DNA of 63,339 bases, filler included, from Thraustochytrium aureum (lineage: Eukaryota): assembly GCA_012862495.1 (NCBI GenBank). It is 5 parts of 3 records of this genome, joined end to end, with 100 filler letters (N's around TTAATTAATTAA, not from the genome) between each part and the next. Parts side by side here need not be neighbours in the genome. Positions count along the whole stretch, not along the records: positions 18,159 to 44,177 come from BLSG01000270.1; positions 44,278 to 50,943 come from BLSG01000270.1; 3 more parts are not named here. One strand, given 5' to 3'. Positions within the stretch are counted from its first letter, which is position 1. Every line of letters starts with the position of its first letter. The position numbers and the translations under genes were made by a program. Below the pieces are notes generated by a model that searched no databases, had not been told where the DNA came from, and saw only the letters and a program-made list of their open reading frames with translations. Positions 34,068 to 45,521 of this stretch are shown piece after piece.

Positions 34068-34654
34068 GCCCTGCGGCGGTGGCGCCCGCCTTGAACACTG
34101 CCAAGCGCCAGCTCATGTACGTACGACTCAAGCCAAAGACGAACAGCCTACGCAGTCAAGATGCAGCTGCGTGATCAGCTTCGTTGCGGTTCTCTCTTAG
34201 GGGAGCGCAAATCTCGCGAGGGACAAGGAAACACCAACCGCGACCTCAAGGCGCCAAAACAGGCCGGCGCGATTGGCGCTGCCGTTAGAAACGTGCGCAG
34301 TGCTCTGGCTCGCCGGGCGAATTCGCGCTTGCCCCCGAAGTTGAGAGACCTCCTATTCAATCCCTCTTCAAGAAAAGGCTAACACATTCTGATTCTTCAA
34401 TGCCGCTCGCTACACTGTTACTATTGGGTGCCTGCCCATCCAGCAGGCCCTGCTCCGAGATTCCTGTTCGCACAATCAAGCAACGGCGCCCCGCCATTGC
34501 CCACTGTATGGTTGCGGCACCGAATTCTATGGGCCCCATCGCCGCACCGTCGCAAGAATGATTCTCTGGAGACAGTGCGACGTGGCGCCCGGGGCAATCA
34601 AAGCCTGCGAAGGCCCTTCTAGTTGCCCGCAGCGGGAACGACGATCCTGCCTAC

Positions 34655-34755
34655 CCTGCAAACGAGGCAACGGCGCCGCCGATGCCGCCTGCGAACAAGG
34701 CAACGGCGCCGCCCACCGAAAGCGCCTGCGAACGAGGCAACGGCGCCGCCGATGG
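34655..34755. repeat. Three ~33-37 bp direct repeats
   Basis: CCTGC[AG]AAC[GA]AGGCAACGGCGCCGCC at ~34655, 34688 and 34725. Confidence 0.8.
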
Positions 34756-34782
34756 CACAAGCCCCTGCTGGCGCGGGCCCTG

Positions 34783-35966
34783 CTACTCGGCGAACGAAAA
34801 CAGGGCGTTGTGCTCGCCAGCGCTCGCGATGACTTGCCGCAATACCTCCATCTCCTCCGGCGTCTCCACCGCCACAACCAGCCGGTCAAGGCCCCAGAGC
34901 TCAGAGTCCTGGTCGTCGCACCCAGCCTGCAGGACCGAGACCAACGCCGCAAGCGAGGCCTTGGTCGACACGGCGCCGCGGTCGCCGAGGAGCGTAAGGA
35001 CCAACGACTTGAGGTCTTTCTCTTCAGCTACTTGAAGAGCAGACCTATACATGGCCTCGAGCTCCGCCGGCGCCAGCGCGGCCCCCTCGGGCGCCACCAC
35101 ATGCACAAGATACTTTGGAGGGAGCTCGAAGGCCGGCGTAACGAGCACGTGCCCCGCGGGGAGCGCCTCAGAGCCTTCCTGAGCAAGGTGCATTTCGCAC
35201 TTGATGGCCAGCTGCACCCCAGCTCGCGCAAAAGCCATGTCCCAAAACGCACCGCGGCTCGCGCTCGAGAGGCGCGCGCCAGCAGACCGCAAAAGGCCGT
35301 CCGCCAGAAGCGTGCTTGGGTTGCCCTCGAACAGGCAGATGCTGTTGCCATTGGTCCCGAACACGAGTCGCGTGGCCATGGCGAACCGGCTCTGCTCCCG
35401 CTCGGCCTCCTCCTCCTCCTCCGCCTCAGTACGCGCCGCCGTCAGCATCGCGTTGGCAGCTTCCTCTTGCACGCGCCAGGCATGCCAGTCATCCTCGACG
35501 CTACTAAGCATGTACACAGACTCCTTGCCGATGCTTCCAGTCGGGCTTTGCACCGACCGCGACCGCCGCCGTCCCCGAAACCCCTCTTGGTAGAGCTCCT
35601 CGATTGCGTCCTGGGAGAGGCTTTGGAGGCCCTGGACGGCAAGCCTGGCGATCTCCTCCACGTCGCAGTCGCCAGAGTCCAGCCCTTGGAATGGGGCGTC
35701 GTCGAGCCACGTGAGCGTGTTGTCAAAGGTGCCCTCCCCCTCGTGCCAGATCTTCCCGTCCGGCAGCACCAGGCCCCGCTTGCTTTGCCCGTTGTCGCGG
35801 TCAACGTAGGTCACCGACCCGAGGACGTTTCGCCGTTTGTTCCCTGCGAGGCGCGCTTTCGACTCGCTCGCCCGCCCTTCGCGGCACTGCCCACTGGCGG
35901 CTCCTCAGCGGTCGAGAGCTTAATCGCGAGCCTTGGCGGCGGCGTCGCCGCGGCGCCCGTGGCCAT
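34783..35966 (-). CDS. Protein with a divergent C-terminal macro domain; probable frameshift at ~35815
   Basis: ICLFEGNPSTLLADGLL, AFARAG, LPAGHVLVTPAFELPPKYLVHVVAP and YRSALQVAEEKDLKSLVL follow the macro fold. An upstream ATG at 35966 joins by a 1-nt shift. Confidence 0.7.
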
Positions 35967-36573
35967 CCTACCGCACGACCGAGCCAGTCGGACGGCGCAC
36001 GCACCCCGGCCCCAAGTCGGCCGGCCTGCACGCAGCAAGGCCTGCACGCAGGCAGGGCGCAGGGACCTTGAGGGCGGGATGGCCGGCCCAGCAGGTGCGT
36101 CCGCCACGCCCTGCGGCGCACGACAAGCCGCGAGCGCGACCGAAAGGAGCAGCGAACAAACCCAGCCGCGCAGCAGCCGCGCAGACGTCGCGCAGCCGCA
36201 GCGAAGGCGCGCACGCGAAGCAGCGCCCCGACGCCAACGCGCGGCTCGAGTCTGCCCGCGACACGCACGCGCACCCACGCCTTGCATTCNNNNNNNNNNN
36301 NNNNNNNNNNNNNNNNNNNNNNNNNNNNNNNNNNNNNNNNNNNNNNNNNNNNNNNNNNNNNNNNNNNNNNNNNNNNNNNNNNNNNNNNNNNNNNNNNNNN
36401 NNNNNNNNNNNNNNNNNNNNNNNNNNNNNNNNNNNNNNNNNNNNNNNNNNNNNNNNNNNNNNNNNNNNNNNNNNNNNNNNNNNNNNNNNNNNNNNNNNNN
36501 NNNNNNNNNNNNNNNNNNNNNNNNNNNNNNNNNNNNNNNNNNNNNNNNNNNNNNNNNNNNNNNNNNNNNNNNN

Positions 36574-38929
36574 GTCTGCGCTGCTGCGCAGCGCCGCTGG
36601 GGAGAGGGAGGCTGGCGCGGTGTCGGTGAGCGAGTGGGAGCACCTGGTCGGCGCGCTTGAAACCAGGGCGAATGAGGCCAAAGCGCGGATACAGGACGTG
36701 CTGGCCGGGCACCACCCAGAGTATGTCGGGACGTTCGCCTGCGCGCAGCAGGTCGAGGGCGAGCTGGGCAAGCTGAGGGCGGAGATGAACGGCGCCCTGC
36801 GCGACGCAGGCGGAAGCGACGCAGCCCCGGGCGCCGCGGCACTGCAACAGGCCGAGCGGACCCGTATCCTCTCCCAGCTGCAGCGCTTGGACGGGCTCGT
36901 GCGGCTTCTCGAGTCCCTGCAGCAGGTCCAGGTCGCGCTGAGTGAAATCGACGAGCAGATCGAGGCCGGCAAGCTCGCCGGAGCAGCCCGGTCGAGCCGC
37001 GCCGTGCGCGACAAACTGGACGTCCTTGCGCAAGGCGGCGACGACTTTGTGGGCTCCAAGGTATACCGCGCGGTGCGCGTCCAGGTCCGGCGCAAGTCCG
37101 CCAAGCTCCCGAGCCACGGCTGAGCGCCAGGTGCAGGACGCGGTGCAGTTCGAGCCGCGCAAGCTGCGACTCGCGGTGCGCGACGGCGAGATCGCAGCGG
37201 TCCAAGCGCTTGAAGCCCTAGAGGTCCTGGGCGTTTTGCGGCAGACCCTCGCGGGGCCCACCACGGCCGGAGCGCTGCTGCGTGACTTGGTCATCCCGGC
37301 TGTGACCGACAGCGCCCTGGAAGTGCGCACGCGAGCCTCGGAGGACTTTCACGAGATTGAGCTCGTGCCAAGCAACAGGCACGGGCACGGCGGCGCCTCG
37401 CGCGCGCTTGACAACCTGGACCACCTGTTCCAGTTTGTGGACAAGTACCTGCTGGACTCTCGCGCAACCTGGATGGCGCATTTCTCCGAGCCTGTCTGGG
37501 GCGTCGTAGACCAGGCCCAAGTCAACCGCGACGTACAGGAGCGCCTTTTCCAGGCCTCGCGGGACAGCGCCGACGAGGAAGGCAGAGCAAACAGCCTTGC
37601 GCCTCACGGTGCGCCCGCAAGTCTGCCGAGCTCCCTCGCACAGGCGCTGCTCGGGCTCTTGGTCGACGCTCTGCCCCGCGGCGTTGCTGGCCTGGCTGCG
37701 TACAGGTCTGTAGCGGCCGAGGCCGGCGCCCTGGGAGGAGCGACTTGAGGAGACCGGGCTCGTATCTGGGCCGACCAAGGTGGTCGGCCCGTTTCTTGGG
37801 GACCTCGAGGCCCACGTGGCGAACAAGCGCCGCGCCGCGCTCCTCTTCGAGGCTCGCAACGCAATCTTGGACGACTATTTGAGCTCGGAGATTGTCAGCT
37901 CGGCCGAGCCTGTCGCGCCGGGCCTTGACGCGGTGGCCGCCACTGTCGCGCCAACGGCGACCCCTGGCCTTTTCAAGCTGGAGACCATGCGCGTCACCTC
38001 GTGTGCGCGGCGCGTGCTGAGCCTGGCCCTCGGCGCGATGGAGGAGGCCAGCGCGACTGGCGGGCACGAGCCACAAGGCACGGCAGGCGCTGCCGGGGAG
38101 CACCTTGCAACTGTGCTTTACGAGACCAGCAGAGACATCCTCTTGCTTTTCCGCGTGCTGGTCCCACAGGTTTACGGCGAGGCGCTCGCAGACCCGGTCT
38201 CCGCGCGGACCGCAATCCTCTTCCACAACGATTGCCTCTACATGGCGCACCACCTGGTATTGCTGGCGCACGAGTTCCGCGGCCGCGTCCCCGCCTCGCT
38301 GGGCTCCAAGATGGTGACCGTGGACATGGTTCCCGCGTTCCGCGAGGCGGGCCGCGACCAGCTGCGCGCGCAGATGGCCGCCCAAGTTGGCCGGTTTGCT
38401 CGCGAGTACTTTGCCGACCCCAGCGCCCAGGAGCGCGAGGCCTTGGGGGCGCCCCCGGACCCCGAGGCGCTTCTCGGCCTGGTAGCTGACCGCGCGGCTG
38501 GCGGCGCTTCCAAGGTGCTGGCCCTAGCGACCGAGTGGGAGGCGCTCCTGCCGGTCGCAGTCTTCAGGGACGCGTTGTGCGGGCTCGCAGACGGCGCCCT
38601 GGGACAGTGCCTCGAATTTTGTCGCTCGGCGCCTTCCGGCCCCGGCCGCGCAGCTGTCCCCGCACCAGATCCTCGCTTTGCGGGAGACGCTGCACGCCTT
38701 TAAGGGCAAGGTGGCAGCCCCCTTGGAGGCCTCTGTCGCGCAGGACAAACTGCACAGAGCAGCCCCGAGCCTGCTCGCGCTGTCGCAAGCGTGCGCTGCG
38801 CTCGAGCAGTTCGTGACCATGCACATCTTTCGCGACATGGCCGCAAGCGGCAACTTGAGCGGGCTCGCGCAGGCGCAGGTCGAGGGGCTCGCCGCGTTTC
38901 TCTTTCCGGGGGAAACCTACCACGCGTGA
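36574..38929 (+). CDS. ZW10: Kinetochore/ER-tethering protein ZW10-like; several apparent frameshifts, 5' end in gap
   Basis: AILFHNDCLYMAHHL, LYETSRDILLLFRVLVP and NKRRAALLFEARNAI match the ZW10 middle and C-terminal domains. Consecutive ORFs end at 37123, 37748, 38703 and 38929. Confidence 0.75.
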
Positions 38930-39108
38930 GGGGGCGGCCCTGCGGAGGCTCCCCACCGCGCTCGAAACGGACCAGCCCGCAAATTGCATTTTCGCTGGCA
39001 ATCCGGTGGAGCGCGACGCCCTCGGGTTTCCGACAAGACCCCAGCGCTCCTGCTGCTGTAACAAAATTTCGCAAGGCGCATTTATACAAGTACTTGAGTA
39101 CTACGGTA

Positions 39109-41178
39109 TCAGTCTAGGTCTGACTTGCGCTTGTGCTTTTCAAACTCGGCCATGTCGCGGCGCTTCTCCTCCAGGGCGTCAACGAGCGACTTGAGCGACA
39201 TGGCTGACAGCGTGATCAAAAATTCCCCGTCCTGCCCAATCCGGCGGAAAAACGGAGCGGCGGACTCGCCCAGGTCCTCCAGCGCCCCCATGTCCCTGCG
39301 CAGCGCCTCCTCGAGAGCCGTCGCGAGCTGGCGCGCGTGCTCCTGCCGCTGATGCAAGGGGACAACGTGGTTGCCCCGGGGCATCAGGCTCAGGACGCGG
39401 TTCGTGTTGGCCTTCATGAGAGCGTGGTAAACGTACCGGCGCGCGGCAAAGTCCCTCACAGCAGCTGCCCAAGGGCTGTCCATGCCGAAACCGCCCTCGA
39501 GCTCGCAGCGCCGAGCGTAGACGTTCACAGCATGTTGTGCGAGCCAGCCGACCGGCTTTTGGGCTACGGCCTCCCGCGTGGCGGGGAGGCGGTCAAGCTG
39601 CCGTGACGCAGCCGTATCTCGCGAGTCGGCGTCGCTAAGAGCGAGCACCATCTGACCGGCCTCGGCTGTGGCGTCCGACGCGGCAGCCGCATCCAGAAAG
39701 ACGTCCAAATACCTGTCTACTTCGGCCTCGACGTGCGCCAGAGCGCCGTAGCTCGGAAGCGCCGGATACCGCGGTCGCAAGAACGCGTACTTGGCCTCGA
39801 CGTCCAACGCGAGCTGGCTCAACCCCGCAAGTTCTTCTGGGTCGGCCACGCCGACGAGCTCGTGGAACGTTTCGTCGATCCGGCCCGATGCTGCCGTCTT
39901 GGGCATTTGCAGCGCGATGTTGGCCCGCATACTCTCCAAGAACCACGCTGCCGAGCACACCTCGCTGACCAGCGCCTCCATCGAGGCCTGGACGAGCGAC
40001 TTGATGAAAAAGGTTTTGTGCTTGCTGAACAGGGTCCGGAACTCGTTCCAGCTGGCCTCCTCCTCGGTTCTCTCCAGCGCTAGCGCGTATCGCGCAGTGG
40101 CGCTGTTTGGGTCTGCACCGAGCAAAAGGTTTTGCTCTGACAGTATCTCGCTTATCCTTGAGGCCACTTTTTGCCGCTGCTCCAGCACGGATCGCTCCAC
40201 CACAGCCAAGAACCGCGGCAGGTGGTCTAATATGTCACAGTCCAAGATACCGTGCATGGTCACGAAGCGCCCATCCACCGCGTTTTCTGCGCTCATGAAT
40301 CGCGTCGCGTTGTCGAGCACTTGAGCTGTCGCGACCGATGAAAGAGAGGCCTGGGCCTCGTCGAGAGCGTCCCGGGCCTTGCCAAATAGTTTGCGAAAGA
40401 ACGCGATTGCGACGCGCAGAAAGACGTCGCTTGAGACCAAAAGACGGCGCTGGTTGTGCTTGCACCGAAACATTACTTCGTGCAGCTGGCTCACGTCGTC
40501 CGATTGGCCGAGGCTGTTGAAGGAGCTGCATGGCCAGTTCTGGGTATGTTGCATAGTGCCCGCGGTGGTGACGAATTCGCTCCTGGAGCTCTCGTACTTC
40601 AGAAAAGTCGTTTAGGTTGGCCACCTTTGGAAGCGCGTCAAGAGCGCTTGCGAGCACTCGCCGTCCTTGCGAGCGAGCTTGTCGCGGACGACGATGAGCT
40701 TGCAAATGGACGTAATCATGGTCTTTTCGAAGAACGAGCTGTTCTGCTCGATCTGGTTCGAGATCCACTCGAGCTCCTTGGCAGGCAGTTTCGGCACAAA
40801 GTCGCGCATGTACCTGTTGCTGATCCTCCTCCAGTCCTGGCTCACCTGGGCGGCGGTGGCTACTTCGGCGATTTCGAGGAACGACAGGACTTGGAGCATC
40901 GAGCTCGCCCACCATTTCCACCGGATCACCTTCTCTTCCACATCTTGGGTCTCTTTCATCTCAGAAGTAACCGATTCCGCAATGCCAATATCCTGCCGTT
41001 TTTCTTCGAGCGGGCCCTCCGCGTCCTTGGTCGCTCGAGTCGCCTCGACTGGAAGTCTGCGTTGGCTGGAAAATGGTAGTCTGAAGATCGTTCGCTGCCC
41101 ATGCCCTCCCCTCGACCTCCCGCGCCTTGCGCGCCGTCCTTCATCGCCGTCGGCGGCAACTGAGGCGCTCGCGCCCAT
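39109..41178 (-). CDS. F-box-like protein with a putative N-myristoylation start and a long helical C-terminus; disrupted at ~40490-40630
   Basis: Starts MGASAS; MLQVLSFLEIAEVATAAQVSQDWRRIS is F-box-like. The 481-aa downstream ORF is in the same frame past a TAA at 40612, which an alternative frame bridges. Confidence 0.55.
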
Positions 41179-41970
41179 GATGCTGCGCCAGCGGCCAGGG
41201 CACCAGGGGCGGGAGGGAGGATTCGGCCCCTTTCGGCCCTGCTGGCCCACGCCGCTCACTCGTGCCACCCGTTCCGGCAGCCGCGCATAAACCCAGTCGC
41301 CGTCGCACCGCCGCGTCCGTCCACCGCGTGCGCTCGCCAGTGCGCACGTACAGGGTCCGTCGCTGCTCGCCAGGCCAACCAAACCAGCGCTCCTGGCGCC
41401 GCAACAGCGAGAAAAAAAAAGGAAAGACTCGCGCCTTCGCAAGCGTGGCCACGACCGCAGGCCAAAAAAAACCACAGCCACACTATCAAGCCAGCGGCGC
41501 CACAGCCGATGCGCCGATACGCCAACCTGCCGCCGCCGCCGCCGCCGCTGCTGCTCTGCTGCTTGTGCTCTGCGCCAAAGCCAAACCAAAACGAAACAAA
41601 ACGAAAAAAAAGCGCGAATCGAAAGAAAAGGTCCGTTGAGCGTCTAACCTAACCCGCGCCCTGACCCACGCGCGAGGCGAGCGAGGCGACGCAGGAGGTG
41701 TCCGTTGCAGCCTGCTGGTGTTGAGGGGCAAGGGCATGCAAGGACGAGCGCTCTTGGCTTACACAGTGTGGATTGCGCCACAGTGCAGGGAGAAGCTCAA
41801 TGGAAAAAATGACGAAGTACTTACTGTACTGCTCTACTAGCTAGAGCTTGACATCGAAGGCTGCGTTGGTCTGTTGAACCTGTCCTTGGCAAGGGCGGTT
41901 GGTGCTCGTGGCGCGATGAAGTTTGGTCGCTTGTGGCGCGATGAAGTGGTTGTTGCTTGCGGCACGATGA

Positions 41971-42918
41971 CTAGTTCAGGATGTCCTTGAGAGCTTGCCC
42001 GGTCTCGCGCAGGGCCGTCTTGTACGTCTCGCCTTCGCAGAGCGGGTCAATCGGGTTTTCGCAGTTGAACGGGCAGTCGCCACAGGCGCAGCTGATTGCG
42101 GCAGTGCAGAGCGGCAGGAACGGGTCGCTGACCAAAAAATCCGACACGACTTCAGCCAAGGCCATGGAGATCCCGCCGCACTGTCCACCTGCCTTGATGC
42201 CGTGGTACGCCGAGCACTTCAGTACCGAGCTGGCAACTCCGTTTCCGAACAGCCCCTTCACGGCGGCTTGCCCACCTTGGCTGCTGCCGCACCACGGGCC
42301 TGCACCGCTCGTCACGGCGCAAAACGCGGTGTTGAGGGCGTACTTGCAGGTATAGATCATACCTGTCTGGGAAAGCGGGACGTCGCACCAGACGTCCCAC
42401 GCGGCTTCAATCTGCGACCCTAGCCACTCGAGGTCCTCCACGAACTGATTCTCCATGTAGTCTCCAATGTCGGAAAAGCCGTCGAAGAGCTTGTCGAACG
42501 CCCCCGTTGTTCGGAGCTCTTGCAGAAAGGCGTCGGAGCGCGGGATAACGCTGCCTTGGAACCAGTTTTGGTAGTCCATCCCGGCGGAAATGATGGTCAT
42601 ACCGAGCGAGGCGCCATCGTCGATGGCGTCGCCGATGTCGTCAACGGCATCACCAACTCCGTCGCCCACGTCATCGGCGACGTTCTTGGTCCCTTTCGCG
42701 ATACTCTTGCCTGCCTTGCGGAACCGCTTGCCCAGGCCCAGGGAGCGCGCGCGCTGGTTTACCGCGCGCATTTCTTCGAGCTCTCGGCCGAGCTGCGCCA
42801 TGTTTGGAGTGGTAGCACGAATGCCCTTGCTAAGCAAAGCGCGCTCGCCGTTTGCGCTTGAGCCGCAAAGGAATGCTGCGCATGCTCCGAGCGCTAGAAT
42901 GCCGGAGAGGCGAACCAT
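41971..42918 (-). CDS. Secreted Cys-rich protein of unknown function
   Basis: Signal-peptide-like MVRLSGILALGACAAFLCGSSA, a cationic segment, D-[VI]-G-D repeats and 12 Cys in the C-terminal half. Confidence 0.7.
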   Translation of the reverse strand: MVRLSGILALGACAAFLCGSSANGERALLSKGIRATTPNMAQLGRELEEMRAVNQRARSLGLGKRFRKAGKSIAKGTKNVADDVGDGVGDAVDDIGDAIDDGASLGMTIISAGMDYQNWFQGSVIPRSDAFLQELRTTGAFDKLFDGFSDIGDYMENQFVEDLEWLGSQIEAAWDVWCDVPLSQTGMIYTCKYALNTAFCAVTSGAGPWCGSSQGGQAAVKGLFGNGVASSVLKCSAYHGIKAGGQCGGISMALAEVVSDFLVSDPFLPLCTAAISCACGDCPFNCENPIDPLCEGETYKTALRETGQALKDILN

Positions 42919-44177
42919 TTTCCTCGACTGGTGGGATGGAAATCCGATTTGATTGTGTGCTTCGTTCGGACTGTTTTCGATTGAGATTTGCGTTCGGAGC
43001 TCGATTGGGTGCCTTCTCTCGCTGCTGACTGCTGCTTTGTGTTGGGGATCTGCTCCGCGACTTGCCGTGGTACTTACTCGATGCATGCATGCGCATTGCC
43101 CGTCGAGCGTTACGTTGTTTGGAAACCGGCAGCTTGATCGTTGCTCGGGGTGGGGTGTCCCGCTCACGGACTTGCACAGCAGACTGGACGACTTGAACGC
43201 AAAGCGCAGAGCATGGCTGGGCCAAGCGCCACGCGACAAGTACGGTCGCTAGCTTGAGACTGCCTCATGGTGCGTTCCGTTTCCGAGTCTTGTCGAGAAG
43301 GCGACACATTTCAAGCCTGATCCGCCGACTCGCTGGGCCTTGTCACCACAGGCTTGGCTAACGCGAGGGCGGGTGTCACGCGTTTGGCTCGCGAGCGACC
43401 GGACCTTGGCAGCGATCGACCTGCGTGGCGCACGGAGCAAAAGTGCCGATGCAAAAAAGTGCTTTGCGGCTTGCCTGCCAACCTGTCCGCCTTGCTGCCA
43501 GTTTCCTCGCGGATGGATGCGTTGCACATAGACAGAGACTGACAGGAAACGGCCAAGAGTAGCGCACGAGTAGCGTCGTCGCCAATCGAGACTCGATTTC
43601 TCGCGGTCGTGGCGTTGCTGATTTGAGACGGTAGGAGCGATGCGGTATCGTGCGGAGCGGAACTATGGGTGCATAATTGCCTTCCTTTTCACTTCACCGG
43701 GTACAAATAAGCATGTATTCTCGTCCGTGGTTTTGCCGAGCTGTCGAGTACAGCGGCCGTTCGATTTGCAAAGCACACGATTTGCAAACCACAGCAAGCG
43801 CTGCGCCAGAGCCGTTGACTTACTGCAAAAACGGCAGCTGCAGACGACTAGGACGGCGCGGCCTGCGTTGCGGTGCTGTCGGGGCTGGCATGCCGACCGG
43901 CTGCCATGGGTTGGCTTGGTAGCTGGCCAAAACAACTGTCCCAGCCTTGGGACAAGCAAGCAGCGAGCTGGATATTTTGGCTTGGCGGAAAACGGGTTTC
44001 TCATTGAGGCAAGGCTCTCATTCGTCAACAGCATCACCTCACTACACCTGCGAAGGCACGGCATTGCGTGGCCATCAACAGAACACCGCCGCTCGGTGCC
44101 GCTGAAATAGGACTGGTGAAAGCAGGTTGTGACCTCGATCGGTCCTACACTCTTGCCATCATCGGCGGGTCGCCCGA

Positions 44178-44277
44178 NNNNNNNNNNNNNNNNNNNNNNN
44201 NNNNNNNNNNNNNNNNNNNNNTTAATTAATTAANNNNNNNNNNNNNNNNNNNNNNNNNNNNNNNNNNNNNNNNNNNN
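44178..44277. other. Artificial scaffold-joining linker
   Basis: 44 N + TTAATTAATTAA + 44 N. Confidence 0.97.
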
Positions 44278-45423
44278 AAGGGCCTGCTTTGAGAGCTCAA
44301 GCAAGAGCTTGGCGCGCTCGCGCGAGCAGGGCTCGAATCGGTCGACCAGCTTCTTGAGCAGACCGTACGCGCTGCCGGTTTTGTGCTTGCCGCGGTTCTT
44401 GTCCCGCACCTTGGCGGCGTTGAGGAGCAAGAGGGCGATGGCCCACTTCATGCGACGGTCGGCGCCCGTGAAAGCAAAGCCGCCGATGGCGCGCAGCTTG
44501 GTGTGAATGCGCTCCTGGTCCTCTGCTACCTGGCACGTGCTCTTGGCTGCGCTCAGGTCGTTCATGAGCTGGAGCAGCCGCTCTGTGTTCTCGGTGGTCG
44601 CGCCGCCAGCGCTCGCTTCGCTCGGCTGAAAGGCGTCCAGAATGCTATCGACAGCGTTGAACGAGGGCTTGGAGAGGCCCAACACCACGTTCTTGCCTTT
44701 GCTGATTGCCTCGGCAACCTCGTGCCAGCACCACGCGCGACCAAGGACCATGGGGTCGTTCCAGGGCTCGAACACGAGGATGAGGCCTTTCTCCGCTTTG
44801 TTCACCACGGCACCAATTTTGTCAAGGTCTGCTTTGCACTGGTCCTTGATTCTCTGCAATCCGCTCATCGTCTCAATCCTGCGAGTGTGGTTGATGGCAA
44901 AGATATCGCACCAGAAGAACAGCTTGCGGTGCTCGTCAGGTTCCATGTTGCTGGAGCGCGGGTCGCACACTGCCTCGCGGAACTTTGACCAGGCCATGCG
45001 CCACGCGTGGCTGACGAAGAAGTTCGTCTCACCAAACCAACGCGAGAGGATTTCGTCCTTGGGCAGCGTGTGGACTTGATCTGGGCAGCGCTTGACCCAT
45101 CGGGCCTTGAGCTTTTCGAACAGCTCGTTGCCGTGCTCGTTCTTGAGCAGGTCCGCCAGAGTGCAGCCTTGCGCGCGGGTCAGCCCTCGGATCGACCATG
45201 CAGCAGGGTCGGGGTCCGTCCCGTTCTTGTCCTTTCCATGCACCATCTCCTCGGTCCTCAGCGCCATCCACTCTTCCTCGGACATCCCGGCCGCCAGGGC
45301 CTCATCCTTGCACAGCTCTGTGAACAGCTCGACAAACTCCACGGACACTGCGCGTTTGCGCAGCAAGGTCCGAACGTTTTCGTCGGCCTCGCTCACCGCC
45401 ACGCCGCCGTCGTCGTCGCGCAT
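44278..45423 (-). CDS. HET/TIR-like domain protein, 3' truncated at scaffold end (TPR-like helices may follow)
   Basis: FFVSHAW, FFWCDIFAINH, EPWNDPMVLGRAWCWHEV and STCQVAEDQERIH. Confidence 0.7.
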
Positions 45424-45492
45424 CGCGTCCACGGCCCGCGTGCCACGTGCTGAGGGTCCGTCAACCTCGGCCCCTCGCGCAGTATTCTTCGT

Positions 45493-45521
45493 CTGCTCTG
45501 CTCTGCTCTGCTCTGCTCTGC
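45493..45521. repeat. (CTCTG)n pentanucleotide microsatellite abutting a gap
   Basis: ctgctctgctctgctctgctctgctctgc. Confidence 0.85.

Noticed and set aside
40612..40614. In-frame TAA as stop-codon readthrough or a variant genetic code
   Set aside because: An alternative frame bridges the site with more protein-like sequence, and TAA ends another gene here (16433-16435).
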